Shown: positions 46,752-56,849 of the stretch, one piece after another | How the letters are laid out: each line of letters starts with the position of its first letter | Position numbering within the stretch: the first letter of the stretch is position 1 | Source: Ignavibacteria bacterium | Lineage (GTDB): Bacteria > Bacteroidota > Ignavibacteria > Kapaibacteriales > Kapaibacteriaceae | Length of the DNA stretch: 64,000 nt | Direction of reading: 5' to 3' | Assembly (NCBI GenBank): GCA_947459875.1 | Contig: CANHFG010000003.1 | Span: 162-64,161 of the forward strand | The notes under the pieces: generated by a model | What the model saw: only the letters and a program-made list of their open reading frames with translations | Told to the model about the DNA's origin: nothing | The model's database searches: none | Position numbers and translations under genes: made by a program

Positions 46752-47592
46752 CGTCATCCTTCTTGGTCTTGCCGCCATTGCCACCATGGTGGGGCAGACC
46801 CCAACGACCCACACGCTCAAGCTTGGCAGGGGGCTCAAGGAGTTCGATGAGTACCTGCTGAAGTCCACCTACGAGCAACGCTCCGTCACGAAGATCTTCG
46901 ACAACGATCAGCTGCTTGGCGATACCACCGACATCGTGCGTGTTGTCATCGCAGCGCGCTGCTCGGTGGCGCGCGTTACCGTTGATGGACAGGAAAAGGA
47001 GAAGTTTCTCACGATCCGTCTTTTCCAGCTGCAGACGAGCTCGGACACCTTCGACGTGATGGCGGCCGGCACCAAGGTGCGCTGCTGGTTCTCCGACTCA
47101 GGAAGTGTCTTCACGGTTGATGATGTCCCGACGGCCGACACGATAACGGCGCTACTAAGCAACGTCGTCCTGGGTGAAGGGGGCGCAAAGACCGGCAACG
47201 TCCTCGATGCCAGGAAGCCAGTATCCGTGGGGTCGACATGGAAAATGAACATTGCTGCGCTCAAGCGCATTCTTGGACGTGAACAGGTTCGGCTGATGAA
47301 GAAGCTCGATGGCACCGTCAGCTTTTCCTCGATCGACAGTACAGGTCCGATGCCGACGGCGATCGTGACAGCCAGGGCCGAAGCCCCAAAGTTCAGCATG
47401 CGGATTGACGGCGCCCCTTACCCGCTTGTCGGATCACTGGTGGCCGAGTTCCGCTACGTTGTTCCTCTCGACACGAGATTTCCGCCTGTGGCGCTCACAA
47501 CATCGACCACGCAGACCTATACCGCACGGCAGGGTTCACAGCGCGCTGAGTCGTTTGTGACCACCAGCCGACAGTCCGAATTCATCCGGTGA
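46729..47592 (+). CDS. Hypothetical secreted protein
   Basis: MRKTRFYNVILLGLAAIATMVGQ looks like a signal peptide. I recognised no other motif. The gene overlaps the photolyase 3' end by 23 nt. Confidence 0.5.
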   Translation: MRKTRFYNVILLGLAAIATMVGQTPTTHTLKLGRGLKEFDEYLLKSTYEQRSVTKIFDNDQLLGDTTDIVRVVIAARCSVARVTVDGQEKEKFLTIRLFQLQTSSDTFDVMAAGTKVRCWFSDSGSVFTVDDVPTADTITALLSNVVLGEGGAKTGNVLDARKPVSVGSTWKMNIAALKRILGREQVRLMKKLDGTVSFSSIDSTGPMPTAIVTARAEAPKFSMRIDGAPYPLVGSLVAEFRYVVPLDTRFPPVALTTSTTQTYTARQGSQRAESFVTTSRQSEFIR

Positions 47593-48446
47593 GCCATAGC
47601 CGACATGCTGCTGCCGTAGCAGCTCTCGGTGTATGCGCGCTCCTGTGGAGCAGCGGCGGCCTGCTGATCAAACTGCTGCCGCTCTCGCCCCTTGCCATAG
47701 CGGGAATGCGGAGTGCTATCGCTGCCTGCGTGATGTATCTCTGGGTCCGCCGAAAGGGGCCGATGAATCCCGTCTGGACACCCGCACAGTTCGGGAGCAT
47801 CATCAGCTACATGTTTACCGTGGTGCTGTTTGTGTGGGCCACCAAGCAGACCACAGCGGCCAATGCGATCCTCCTTCAGTACACCGCACCGGTGTGGGTA
47901 GCCCTCTTCAGCGCGGCCATCACAAAGGAGCGGCTGAAGAAACTTGATGTGATCGTTGTGCTCTGCGTCATGCTCGGCATGATCGTGTTCTTCCTCGACG
48001 CCCTTACGCCGGGCGCGGTGTTCGGGAATGTTCTGGCGGTGGCCAGCGGCATTGCTTTTGCCGGAGTGGCGCTGTTTATGAGAGCCCAGAAAGGCACGTC
48101 CACAACAGAGAGCATCATTCTGGGTAATGTCCTCACCGCTGTGGTTTGCATTCCCTTTGCAGGGGGCCTTCCGGATGCATCCATGGATTGGATCGCACCA
48201 CTGCTTGTCCTCGGCATCCTGCAGCTTGGTGCGTCATACCTCCTCTACTCATGGGCACTTGCCCACGTTACGGCTCTTGAGGCCGTGTTGATTACTGTGC
48301 TCGAGCCCCTTCTCAACCCCGTCTGGGTTGGACTGGCTCTGGGTGAAATGCCATCTACAACGGCACTCATCGGAGGCTGCCTGGTGGTTGCCGCCGTTGT
48401 TGTCCGCGGATTGGTAGGATCCCGGCCCGGAACATCTCGTAGGTAA
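47589..48446 (+). CDS. EamA/DMT-family transporter
   Basis: It has ~10 hydrophobic helices and ..LLWSSGGLLIKLL.. (an EamA-like repeat). The GTG start overlaps the upstream stop as GTGA. Confidence 0.75.
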   Translation: MSHSRHAAAVAALGVCALLWSSGGLLIKLLPLSPLAIAGMRSAIAACVMYLWVRRKGPMNPVWTPAQFGSIISYMFTVVLFVWATKQTTAANAILLQYTAPVWVALFSAAITKERLKKLDVIVVLCVMLGMIVFFLDALTPGAVFGNVLAVASGIAFAGVALFMRAQKGTSTTESIILGNVLTAVVCIPFAGGLPDASMDWIAPLLVLGILQLGASYLLYSWALAHVTALEAVLITVLEPLLNPVWVGLALGEMPSTTALIGGCLVVAAVVVRGLVGSRPGTSRR

Positions 48447-48477
48447 ATGTGACTTTTGTATCTTTGCGCCCTGTTAG

Positions 48478-48550
48478 GCCAACTTAGCTCAGCTGGTAGA
48501 GCAGCTGATTTGTAATCAGCAGGTCGCCGGTTCAAGTCCGGCAGTTGGCT
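48478..48550 (+). tRNA. tRNA-Thr (anticodon TGT)
   Basis: Folded by hand into a full cloverleaf: acceptor GCCAACT/AGTTGGC, D arm GCTC-agctggta-GAGC, anticodon arm GCTGA-ttTGTaa-TCAGC, variable loop AGGTC, T arm GCCGG-ttcaagt-CCGGC, discriminator T. CCA is not encoded. Confidence 0.95.
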
Positions 48551-48560
48551 CTTCAAGACG

Positions 48561-48600
48561 GCGGATGTTATCACACGATGACATCCGCTTCCTCGTTTTA
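48561..48600 (+). terminator. Hairpin plus T-rich tail downstream of tRNA-Thr
   Basis: GCGGATGTTAT-cacacg-ATGACATCCGC forms an 11-bp stem with one mismatch and is followed by TTCCTCGTTTTA. Confidence 0.5.
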
Positions 48601-48634
48601 GGGGGCGAAGCTTTGCACCATTAGTTTTGAAGGT

Positions 48635-49486
48635 ATGGAACAGATCCTCAACTACTACGCTGCCCAGATCTCCTACCTCTGGTCAACGGTAAGTCAGCCA
48701 ACGTGGCATAGCTTCTTCTGGTGGCTGGTTGCGCTTTCGGTTGCGGTCTGGAGTCTGGAGATCATCATTCCCTGGCGCCGTAATCAGCCGGTGATACGAA
48801 AGGACTTCTGGCTCGATACGTGGTACATGTTCTTCAACATGTTCGTCTTCGGAGCTATCGGATACTCCGGGATCAGCATGGTGGTGCGCTCCGCCGTGTC
48901 CGATGCATTCCCGTTTCTTGACGGACTTCATGGGGTTATGGCGGACCTGCCCAAGTGGGCACTGCTGCTGATCATCTTCGTTGCACGCGACTTCATTCAG
49001 TGGAACGTGCATCGGCTGCTGCACGCCTCATCTACCCTTTGGGAGTTTCACAAGGTCCACCACAGCGTCCAACAGATGGGCTTCGCTGCCCACCTGCGAT
49101 TTCACTTTACCGAGAACATCGTCTATGGTGTGCTGGAGTACATTCCACTCATGCTGCTCGGTATCGATCTCGTCGACTTCTTCGCCGTGGGCGTCTTTGC
49201 CACGGCGGTTGGACATCTCAACCACGCGAACATCGTGCTCCCTGTGGGCCCCCTGAAGTACATCTTCAACACCCCGCAGATGCATATCTGGCACCACGCA
49301 AAGCATCTGCCTGAAGGCGTCAAAAGTGTTAACTATGGCCTGACACTGAGTATCTGGGACTGGCTGTTCGGCACTGCGTACATGCCCGCCTCCGGACGCG
49401 ACATTCCTCTTGGATTTGATGACGTGGAGCACTATCCCCACGGCTTCCTTCGGCAACTGATTGCCCCGTTTCGACGAGTTAAGTAG
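48635..49486 (+). CDS. Fatty-acid hydroxylase/sterol desaturase superfamily membrane protein
   Basis: The histidine boxes HRLLH, HKVHH and WHHAKH are present. The N-terminus is hydrophobic. Confidence 0.8.
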   Translation: MEQILNYYAAQISYLWSTVSQPTWHSFFWWLVALSVAVWSLEIIIPWRRNQPVIRKDFWLDTWYMFFNMFVFGAIGYSGISMVVRSAVSDAFPFLDGLHGVMADLPKWALLLIIFVARDFIQWNVHRLLHASSTLWEFHKVHHSVQQMGFAAHLRFHFTENIVYGVLEYIPLMLLGIDLVDFFAVGVFATAVGHLNHANIVLPVGPLKYIFNTPQMHIWHHAKHLPEGVKSVNYGLTLSIWDWLFGTAYMPASGRDIPLGFDDVEHYPHGFLRQLIAPFRRVK

Positions 49487-49534
49487 ATCGCATCGCTACC
49501 GCAGCAATTTTTCAATTCTTCTCAAAGGTCATCC

Positions 49535-50275
49535 ATGTCAGTAGTCATCGTTACCGGAGCTGCCTCAGGCATTGGCGCAGCCATAGCTCGCCGATTTGTT
49601 CAGCAGGGTGCATCCGTTGTGCTCGCAGACATTCAAGACGGTCCCGGCCAGCAGCTGGCCGATGAGCTTTGCCACAGTGGCGGAAAGGCCATCTACGTTC
49701 ACTGCAACGTAGCGGACCCGGAGCATCACACGGCATGTGTTGAGGCGGCGATGCGGGAGTACGGACGTCTCGATATTGCCGTAAACAACGCCGGAATTGC
49801 CGGCCAGGGGGCTCCCACGGCAGAATTCCCGATCGACGAGTGGAGACGCGTTGTCGACGTTAATCTCTCCGGCGTGTTCTATGGCATGCGCGCTCAGCTG
49901 CCTGTTATGCTTAAACAGGGCAAGGGATCGATCATCGTTGTCTCATCCATTCTTGGCACTGTTGGCTTTGCCGGAGCGCCCGCCTATACCGCATCGAAGC
50001 ATGGCCTGCTCGGCCTGGTGCGAGCTGCCGCCCTGGATCACTCCTCTCAGGGGGTACGGGTTAATGCCGTGGGGCCGGCATTCATCGACACTCCAATGAT
50101 CTCCGGCGTCATGCAAATGCCCGAAATCGCCGGCTCGGTGGTGGCAAGGCACCCGATTGGCCGCATCGGCACCCCTGAAGAAGTGGCGGCCGTGGTGGCA
50201 TTTCTTGGCTCGGACGATGCATCATTTGTAACCGGAAGTTACATCCCCGTCGACGGCGGGTACCTTGCCCAGTGA
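49535..50275 (+). CDS. Short-chain dehydrogenase/reductase (SDR)
   Basis: VTGAASGIGAAIA (TGxxxGIG), NNAG and YTASKHG (YxxxK) are present. The protein is 246 aa. Confidence 0.88.
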   Translation: MSVVIVTGAASGIGAAIARRFVQQGASVVLADIQDGPGQQLADELCHSGGKAIYVHCNVADPEHHTACVEAAMREYGRLDIAVNNAGIAGQGAPTAEFPIDEWRRVVDVNLSGVFYGMRAQLPVMLKQGKGSIIVVSSILGTVGFAGAPAYTASKHGLLGLVRAAALDHSSQGVRVNAVGPAFIDTPMISGVMQMPEIAGSVVARHPIGRIGTPEEVAAVVAFLGSDDASFVTGSYIPVDGGYLAQ

Positions 50276-50373
50276 TCGACCATAACTTTTTTTTTGAAGC
50301 CATGTAACCAAAGAGCTCGTTTCCTGACATAGGGGTGACGAAATCCGTTCACTCTCCCACGTAAGGATGACGT

Positions 50374-52818
50374 ATGACCAAATCTTTCCTATGTATCTGC
50401 GCTCTGCTTGCAACCGCAACAACAGCTTTGTTTGCCCAAGGTGGCTTTGAGGGGATCGTCTCTGACGCAAAAAGCACCGCCGTGATGAAGAACGGCAACG
50501 TCATCTCCGTCGGTTACAGTGTCCCCCAGCCGCTCTTTAGTGACGGTGTGATCGTAATCTACTCGCCCGACCTCCAGACCGTCGTTGCCTCGAGGAAGTT
50601 CGGTGGAAAGGATGAAGATGTCATCACCGGCGTCGCCGTTGCCGCCGACGGCTCGATCTGGATCTGCGGGTACACCTTGTCAAATGACCTCCCAATCCCC
50701 GCTTCACCAATCACTGGCTCGTTCAAGGGGTCGATGGATGGCTTTGTGGCTAAGCTCTCCCCAGACCTCAAGACGGTTCTGGGTGGAATGTATATCGGCG
50801 GAAGCGGTCCCGACCTTGCTAACGCCATTGCCATCGGTGCAACTGGTGATGTAGTGGTTGTAGGAGAGATCAGCTCCTCCAAGGCACTGCCCACCATCAA
50901 TAGCTTTGATGAATCACACAATGGCAAGAAAGACGGCTTCTTCATTTGCCTCGACGCTACGGCCAAGATCGTCAATGCCGCAAGCTACCTCGGAGGCCTG
51001 CTGGACGATGTGATGACCTCGGTCACCATCGACTCCAAGAACAACGCTGTCATCGGTGGCTACACGTCCTCGGATGACTTCCCGACGTACCCTGTTAAAA
51101 CACGTGTATGGGTGGAGGACGGCGGCTGCCCTTATTACGGATGCACGACCGGTCACTGGGAAGAATCCGGTGAATCTCCCTTCGACAACACGTTCGGCGG
51201 GTTCACGGATGCCGTCGTCCTGAAGTTCCAACTGTCGGGGTCACCAGTGTTCTCGGCGTTCTTTGGAGGCGAAAAAGATGAGTATGGAACGGCTGTGGCC
51301 ACAGGTCCAGACGATATCGTGTATTTACTCGGTGAGACGAGGTCGAATGACCTTCCGATTCCTGCCGAAGTTGAGTCGAAGTTCGGTGGGGTGCGCGACG
51401 GCTTCTATGCGGCGATTTCCGCAAACGGCCTGAAGCTTGCGTCGGCGCAGTACATCGGCGGTCCCGGCGACGAAAGGATTTGGGGTGCGGTGGCCTCCGG
51501 AAACATCGTTACAGCCGTTGGTACCACTACGGGTCCGATTACGGAGACAGGCCTTGGTGCAAGCTCCGAACTTCGAGGCGACCTTGATGGATTGCTTGTC
51601 CGCCTTTCGACCTTCGAGACCACCTTTACCACTGTGTTCGGCACCAGCGGCAAAGATCAACCGCTGTCACTGACATTGGATTCCTATGGAGACGTCTACC
51701 ATTGTGGCTACCGCACAGTGCCCGGCAGTTCTTCGCCGCAGGCTTACACCGACAAGTTTGCCTTTGGTGTGGTAACATGGAGGGGGCCAACCACGACATC
51801 TTCCCTTTGCGAGGGAACGCCGGTGACCATCAGCTGGAGTGCTGACGGGATGCTGGCTTCAGACACCTATTCGATCCAGCGCTCGGGCGATGGGAATGCG
51901 TGGACGTCGGTGGTCAGCGGACTGAAAACAAGGTCGTATCAGTGGACTCCGAAATCAGACGACGTGGCCGGTGGCTCGTTACAGCTTCGGGTCCTGTCAG
52001 GCCGCGGCAACGTTGGACTTAGTCCGCTGACATACGCCACAGGAGCTCTACCTGCGATCACAGCGCAGCCGCAGGGTGCTACAACGTGTTCCGGACGCCC
52101 CCTCACATTATCGGTTGCCTCATCCACCGCCAATGCCGCATTCCAATGGCGCAAGGACGGGGTGAACATAGCAGGCGCTACATCGGCAACGTACAGCATT
52201 GCCAATCCCACCATGAGTGCCACTGGATCATATGATGTGGTGCTCACCTCTTCGTGTGGGTCAAAGACCAGCGATGCTGCAACAGTCCTGATCGCCGACA
52301 ATCCAGTGATCACGCAGCAGCCAGCAGCAGCTTCCGTCAATGCCGGAGCTGTGCTGGAGCTGACGATCAAAGCTGAGGGGCCTGGTCTGAGCTATCAATG
52401 GTCACATAACGGATCGCCGATCCCTGCTCCCGAGGGAACGGCTGCGACCCTGAAGATCGCTGCAGTCTCCATCGACCGCCAGGGCACGTATCAGTGTACG
52501 GTAACATCAGAGTGCGGACGCACGACGAAGAGCAACGAGGTCAGCGTCGTTGTCACCGGTATCGACGAAGAGGTTCAGAGAGGCTTTGCAGTATGGCCGG
52601 TTCCGGCAACAGATGCCGTTCAGCTGCACTGGGAGGGTCAGGATGTTCGCACGATCGTCGTCATCGACAACACGGGCAGTGAAGTTCGGCGCGCCGATGT
52701 GACAGCCGGAACAACAGATGCCAAGGTTATCGTGAGCGACCTGGCCTCCGGGTCCTACACGATCGTTCTTGAATCACCTGCCGGACGTCTCTCCCGTCGG
52801 TTCTCCGTTCTGCGATGA
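50374..52818 (+). CDS. Secreted T9SS cargo protein: beta-propeller (SBBP-like) repeats, Ig-like domains, then a CTD
   Basis: MTKSFLCICALLATATTALFAQ looks like a signal peptide. Repeated ..GY..S.D.P.. and DGF(V/Y/F) motifs fit propeller blades. Two Ig-like repeats follow (..ATSATYSIANPTMSATGSYDVVLTSSCG.. and ..ATLKIAAVSIDRQGTYQCTVTSECG..). The tail is VWPVPATDAVQLH..VVIDNTGSEV...LASGSYTIVLES. Confidence 0.8.
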   Translation: MTKSFLCICALLATATTALFAQGGFEGIVSDAKSTAVMKNGNVISVGYSVPQPLFSDGVIVIYSPDLQTVVASRKFGGKDEDVITGVAVAADGSIWICGYTLSNDLPIPASPITGSFKGSMDGFVAKLSPDLKTVLGGMYIGGSGPDLANAIAIGATGDVVVVGEISSSKALPTINSFDESHNGKKDGFFICLDATAKIVNAASYLGGLLDDVMTSVTIDSKNNAVIGGYTSSDDFPTYPVKTRVWVEDGGCPYYGCTTGHWEESGESPFDNTFGGFTDAVVLKFQLSGSPVFSAFFGGEKDEYGTAVATGPDDIVYLLGETRSNDLPIPAEVESKFGGVRDGFYAAISANGLKLASAQYIGGPGDERIWGAVASGNIVTAVGTTTGPITETGLGASSELRGDLDGLLVRLSTFETTFTTVFGTSGKDQPLSLTLDSYGDVYHCGYRTVPGSSSPQAYTDKFAFGVVTWRGPTTTSSLCEGTPVTISWSADGMLASDTYSIQRSGDGNAWTSVVSGLKTRSYQWTPKSDDVAGGSLQLRVLSGRGNVGLSPLTYATGALPAITAQPQGATTCSGRPLTLSVASSTANAAFQWRKDGVNIAGATSATYSIANPTMSATGSYDVVLTSSCGSKTSDAATVLIADNPVITQQPAAASVNAGAVLELTIKAEGPGLSYQWSHNGSPIPAPEGTAATLKIAAVSIDRQGTYQCTVTSECGRTTKSNEVSVVVTGIDEEVQRGFAVWPVPATDAVQLHWEGQDVRTIVVIDNTGSEVRRADVTAGTTDAKVIVSDLASGSYTIVLESPAGRLSRRFSVLR

Positions 52819-54435
52819 GCTTATGAGAGCATAGCCGACGACGGCCACAGCGCCTACGACGTTCAGCCAGAGAAAGCTGACAACATCAAAGGCCCAGAAG
52901 GAAACAACAATCGCTTCAGCAGCAATGGCACCACGGAATACGTCGGTGCCATTTGCTTTTTTGACAAAGAACGCCACCAGAAAGATCCCGAGGATGGGTC
53001 CGTAGAACAGACTTCCGAGAACGTTCACTGCTTCGATCAGAGATCCCATCTGCGTTGCCAGCATGCTCATGGCGATGCCGAAGACGGCCCACATAAGGGT
53101 ATGCCACCGGGCAGCTGTAACGTCCGCTACGGTGTTGGTGATCCCGCGCAGATCTACCACGCTGGCCGTTGCTAGCGAGTGAAACCCTGCCGAGATGCTG
53201 CCCCAGGAGGCCATGATAACGACGGCGAAGATCAGGCCGACGAGACCGGCCGGCAGCATGGTCCGAACGTAATACAGAAAGATGTAGTTGGTGTCGTTGG
53301 ACTCAAGGATCCCGGTCGAGCGCACAAAAGCTCGATACTCCGAGCGTAACCGTGTCGTGCTGTCGTAGGCGCGGCGGTATGCATTTTCGGCGCCCGGACG
53401 TTTGGCAATCACCAGATCTGCACTACGCTCAAGCTCGGCATTGGCTGATCCCCACTTCTGAAGCAGCGAAGCTGCCCTTGCAGTGTCGGCAAGAGCGGCC
53501 CTCTGTGCAACAGCTTCATTGAAAAAGATGGGGCTGGGCACAACGCTGTAGAGCGCTACCAGCAGCGCTCCAATGAGCAGGATACCGAACTGCATCGGGA
53601 TCTTCACGACACCGTTGACAAGCAGTCCGATTCGGCTTTCACGAATATTCTTTCCGGTGATGAAGCGGCCAACCTGACTCTGATCCGTGCCAAAGTAAGA
53701 GAGCGCCAGAAAGAAGCCCCCTACAATTCCACTCCAGAGGTTGTACTTGTCATGAAGGTCGAACTGCGTTGTGATGATGTTCAGCTTGCCGGCGATCTCG
53801 GACAGGCGCAAGGCATCGGCCATCGACATGTCATTCGGAAAGCCGTTGGCAAGGAAGACGCCTGCCGCAGCCATGGATGTGAGAATGATCCCAAACATTA
53901 ACGTCTGCGTGTGCGCCACCGAACGCGCACCTCCCGAGAGAGTGTACAGCAGCAGAAGTCCACCCACGACAATGTTTGTCGCGTAGATATTCCAGTCGAG
54001 CAACGTCGCCACGATAATGCTTGGCGCGTAGATACTGATCCCGGTACTGAGTCCACGAGACAGCAGAAACAGTGCACTTGTGGTGATCCTCGTTCGACGG
54101 TCAAATCGCTGCTCAAGAAACTCGTATGCCGTATAGGCGTTCACCTTCCGAAACATCGGGATGAATACCACACTGATAACGACCATCGCCAGCGGCAGGC
54201 CGAAGTAATACTGTACGAAGCGCATCCCATCAGTAAAGGCCTGACCCGGTGCGGAGAGGAAGGTGATGGCACTGGCCTGCGTGGCCATCACGCCAAGAAG
54301 CACCGAGTACCACGGCATGGACTGCCCAGCACGCAGGTAATCATCGGCCGTTGTGTTGCCCTTGCCGCGCCAAAGACCATACAGAATGATTCCGACGAGC
54401 GTCGAGAGAAAGACACCCCAGTCGAGAACGCTCAT
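52774..54435 (-). CDS. Sodium:solute symporter (SSS) family transporter
   Basis: 553 aa with ~13 hydrophobic helices. The N-terminus ..LYGLWRGKGNTTADDYLRAGQSMPWY.. is typical of the SSS family. Confidence 0.8.
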   Translation of the reverse strand: MSVLDWGVFLSTLVGIILYGLWRGKGNTTADDYLRAGQSMPWYSVLLGVMATQASAITFLSAPGQAFTDGMRFVQYYFGLPLAMVVISVVFIPMFRKVNAYTAYEFLEQRFDRRTRITTSALFLLSRGLSTGISIYAPSIIVATLLDWNIYATNIVVGGLLLLYTLSGGARSVAHTQTLMFGIILTSMAAAGVFLANGFPNDMSMADALRLSEIAGKLNIITTQFDLHDKYNLWSGIVGGFFLALSYFGTDQSQVGRFITGKNIRESRIGLLVNGVVKIPMQFGILLIGALLVALYSVVPSPIFFNEAVAQRAALADTARAASLLQKWGSANAELERSADLVIAKRPGAENAYRRAYDSTTRLRSEYRAFVRSTGILESNDTNYIFLYYVRTMLPAGLVGLIFAVVIMASWGSISAGFHSLATASVVDLRGITNTVADVTAARWHTLMWAVFGIAMSMLATQMGSLIEAVNVLGSLFYGPILGIFLVAFFVKKANGTDVFRGAIAAEAIVVSFWAFDVVSFLWLNVVGAVAVVGYALISSSQNGEPTGETSGR

Positions 54436-56843
54436 TTTCCAAGGCTCAGCATATTAGCCAGCAGGCGCATTCCGCCGGGCACACCGGCCGGTAGCTGGCG
54501 GAAGAGAGACAATGCGCAGTAGACATAGTGACCCTTGCCGTGCCGCGCATAGACAAGCGCACCACTGTTGGGTACTTCATTCGTGTCATGCATGGAAAGG
54601 GGCGTCTCATACCGCGGATCAATACTCTCAGCAAAGTACAAGCCCCGTTCCTGCACCCATCCGTCAAAGTCCATAGCGTCAATACGATTGGGGCGCGTCA
54701 GCAGCGGATGATCAGACAGCTGAATCTTCACATTTGCGTCTTCCTCGGTCACCCGGGAACGGCCTACAGAAAATGGGAAGGGGCCAATGGACTTAATAGC
54801 CATATCCTGTGTGGTCATGTAACTCATCACCAGCGTGCCGCCTTTTTCAACGTAACTCATCAGTGCCGGCATAAGGAACTGCATGCTCTTGCGCGTGTTG
54901 ACGGCACGAATTCCAACAAGCACGGCATCGTACTTCAGAAGCTCATCGGTTTTGAGGATCGTCTCATCATCGATCTCATCAACCGTCACACCGATGCTGC
55001 GCAGGAAATCTGGTGTGAACTCGCCGGCGCCGGCCACATAGGCGATCCGCTTTGCGCGAATCTCGATCGGGGCAACCACAACGCGCACGGTAGCCGGTTC
55101 GGTGTACTGTAGTGTTGGAAGATGATCATACGTGATGGTGCGAACGCTCGAAGAGTAGTCCCTTCCGTCAACCCGCAGCACGAAGGTGACCGTCGCGGTC
55201 TGACGTACTGTCGGCTCCACCGTGATCAGGGTATCGGTCTTTGCACGCACAGCAATGTTGCTTATGCGAGCGACCACAGACGTACCATCCATGCAGAGCA
55301 GCTCAGCATTGTTGATCGCCGTGTATGCTCGCACGCGGATAGGAATGCGCAGCGGTGCCCCGGCCTGACGAACAACGACCCTGGACATCGGCTCGATGCT
55401 TGCAACTGGCACGACACGCAACTGCTCGATCACATCGCCCTTGAGAGGGTCGAGCTTCTTGTAGCTCAGCGGCAGCGAGGTCGTGATCGTATCAGGACCG
55501 AAAGCAAAACGCAGTCGGACGTTGAGATCGGATGGTGTTACGGACTGACCCAGCAGCGCTTCGTCAGTCAGTTCAAAAAGAGCCCCGTTTGGTGAACGGG
55601 TCAGCCAGTACGGCTGCGTGACCGAACCCATGCAGGCAGCCTTCGCCCCCTCGACAGTTCGCAGCGAGTCGTGCGGACACACGATATCACGTCGCACTGC
55701 ACCCCAAGGGAAGGCAACTTCTGCGCAGGTGATGCTCCGCCCGGCCCTCGTCGTGATACGAACCTGTGCAGTGACCGAATCACCTGAAACGATCGTTGGC
55801 ACGGCAACAGATGCATCAGCCGTCAGACCTGCACAGGACAGGATGACCTCGTCTAACTCCTCAAGCTTGCGCTTGCGCCAGAACTCATCGGCAACAGCGC
55901 TGATCCTGCTGCGCAGGGACAACAAAGCGTCAAGTGACCGCTCGGGATACAGCATCGAGAAACCATCGATGATGCGATCGATCTCGACACCGATCTCGGG
56001 GTGCCCTACTCTGCCCCAGGTAGTATCGATGCCATCAAAGAGACTCTTGGAGGGGGCTTCCCCTGCAAGTGTCGCAAAGAATTCCGGTTGCACTCCCGGC
56101 GTCTGAGGCGTGCCCGCCCCCTGACTCTTGTGCAGGCTACGGCTGATACCGGCAAGCTCGCCATAGCCCATGCCAAGAAGCGGATCGTAGTGTCCGACCT
56201 CTATGCGAAACATCCCGTCTGATACGGTGCTGCGATTACCAAAACGGAATGCATTGAACAGCAGACGCTTCGGCTTCCACGCCTTTGAATCGGCCATGCA
56301 GGCGGCATATGCGCGTTCGGCCAAGATTGCCGAGGCCGAGTGCTGGCCGTGGCCGGCCATTGAGTCCTTCGGGAATCGGCAGATCACCACGTCCGGACGG
56401 AACGACTGGTAGATCCGCACGACGTCGTTGGTGAGTACATCAATATCCCATTGCCGGAAGGTCTCTTCCGGATTCTTCGAATACCCGAAATCGATCGCAC
56501 GGGCGAAGTACTGCTCAGCGCCATCCATGCGACGGGCCGCAAGCAATTCGTGGGTACGGATCAGGCCAAGGGGCGCCCCCTGCTCACTGCCAATGATGTT
56601 CTGACCGCCATCGCCACGGGTGATGGACAGATATCCGGTGCGGATATGACGTCCGGTGGCAAGCCACGAAAGCAGACGCGTATTCTCGTCATCCGGATGC
56701 GCCGCAACGTACAGAACAGAGGTCAGCCTCTTGAGTTGCTGCAGCTTGCCATGGATACGAAACGATGGTGAAGGCACACGTTGCTGTGCCAGACTGACCA
56801 CTACGGCAATGGCAAGCAGACCTGCAAGTCGCACAGACCTCAC
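54432..56843 (-). CDS. PIG-L/LmbE-family deacetylase, long (803 aa) Bacteroidetes-type form
   Basis: VLYVAAHPDDENTRLLSWL...SITRGDGGQN is the PIG-L signature. The N-terminus is signal-like. The stop overlaps the downstream ATG as ATGA. Confidence 0.8.
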   Translation of the reverse strand: MRSVRLAGLLAIAVVVSLAQQRVPSPSFRIHGKLQQLKRLTSVLYVAAHPDDENTRLLSWLATGRHIRTGYLSITRGDGGQNIIGSEQGAPLGLIRTHELLAARRMDGAEQYFARAIDFGYSKNPEETFRQWDIDVLTNDVVRIYQSFRPDVVICRFPKDSMAGHGQHSASAILAERAYAACMADSKAWKPKRLLFNAFRFGNRSTVSDGMFRIEVGHYDPLLGMGYGELAGISRSLHKSQGAGTPQTPGVQPEFFATLAGEAPSKSLFDGIDTTWGRVGHPEIGVEIDRIIDGFSMLYPERSLDALLSLRSRISAVADEFWRKRKLEELDEVILSCAGLTADASVAVPTIVSGDSVTAQVRITTRAGRSITCAEVAFPWGAVRRDIVCPHDSLRTVEGAKAACMGSVTQPYWLTRSPNGALFELTDEALLGQSVTPSDLNVRLRFAFGPDTITTSLPLSYKKLDPLKGDVIEQLRVVPVASIEPMSRVVVRQAGAPLRIPIRVRAYTAINNAELLCMDGTSVVARISNIAVRAKTDTLITVEPTVRQTATVTFVLRVDGRDYSSSVRTITYDHLPTLQYTEPATVRVVVAPIEIRAKRIAYVAGAGEFTPDFLRSIGVTVDEIDDETILKTDELLKYDAVLVGIRAVNTRKSMQFLMPALMSYVEKGGTLVMSYMTTQDMAIKSIGPFPFSVGRSRVTEEDANVKIQLSDHPLLTRPNRIDAMDFDGWVQERGLYFAESIDPRYETPLSMHDTNEVPNSGALVYARHGKGHYVYCALSLFRQLPAGVPGGMRLLANMLSLGK

Positions 56844-56849
56844 GATCGG

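Noticed and set aside
48478-50300. I looked for an integrated element next to tRNA-Thr (integrase, direct repeat of the tRNA 3' end).
   Set aside because: The genes downstream are ordinary metabolic genes (desaturase-family, SDR). I saw no integrase or recombinase motif and no duplicate of the tRNA 3' half within the window.
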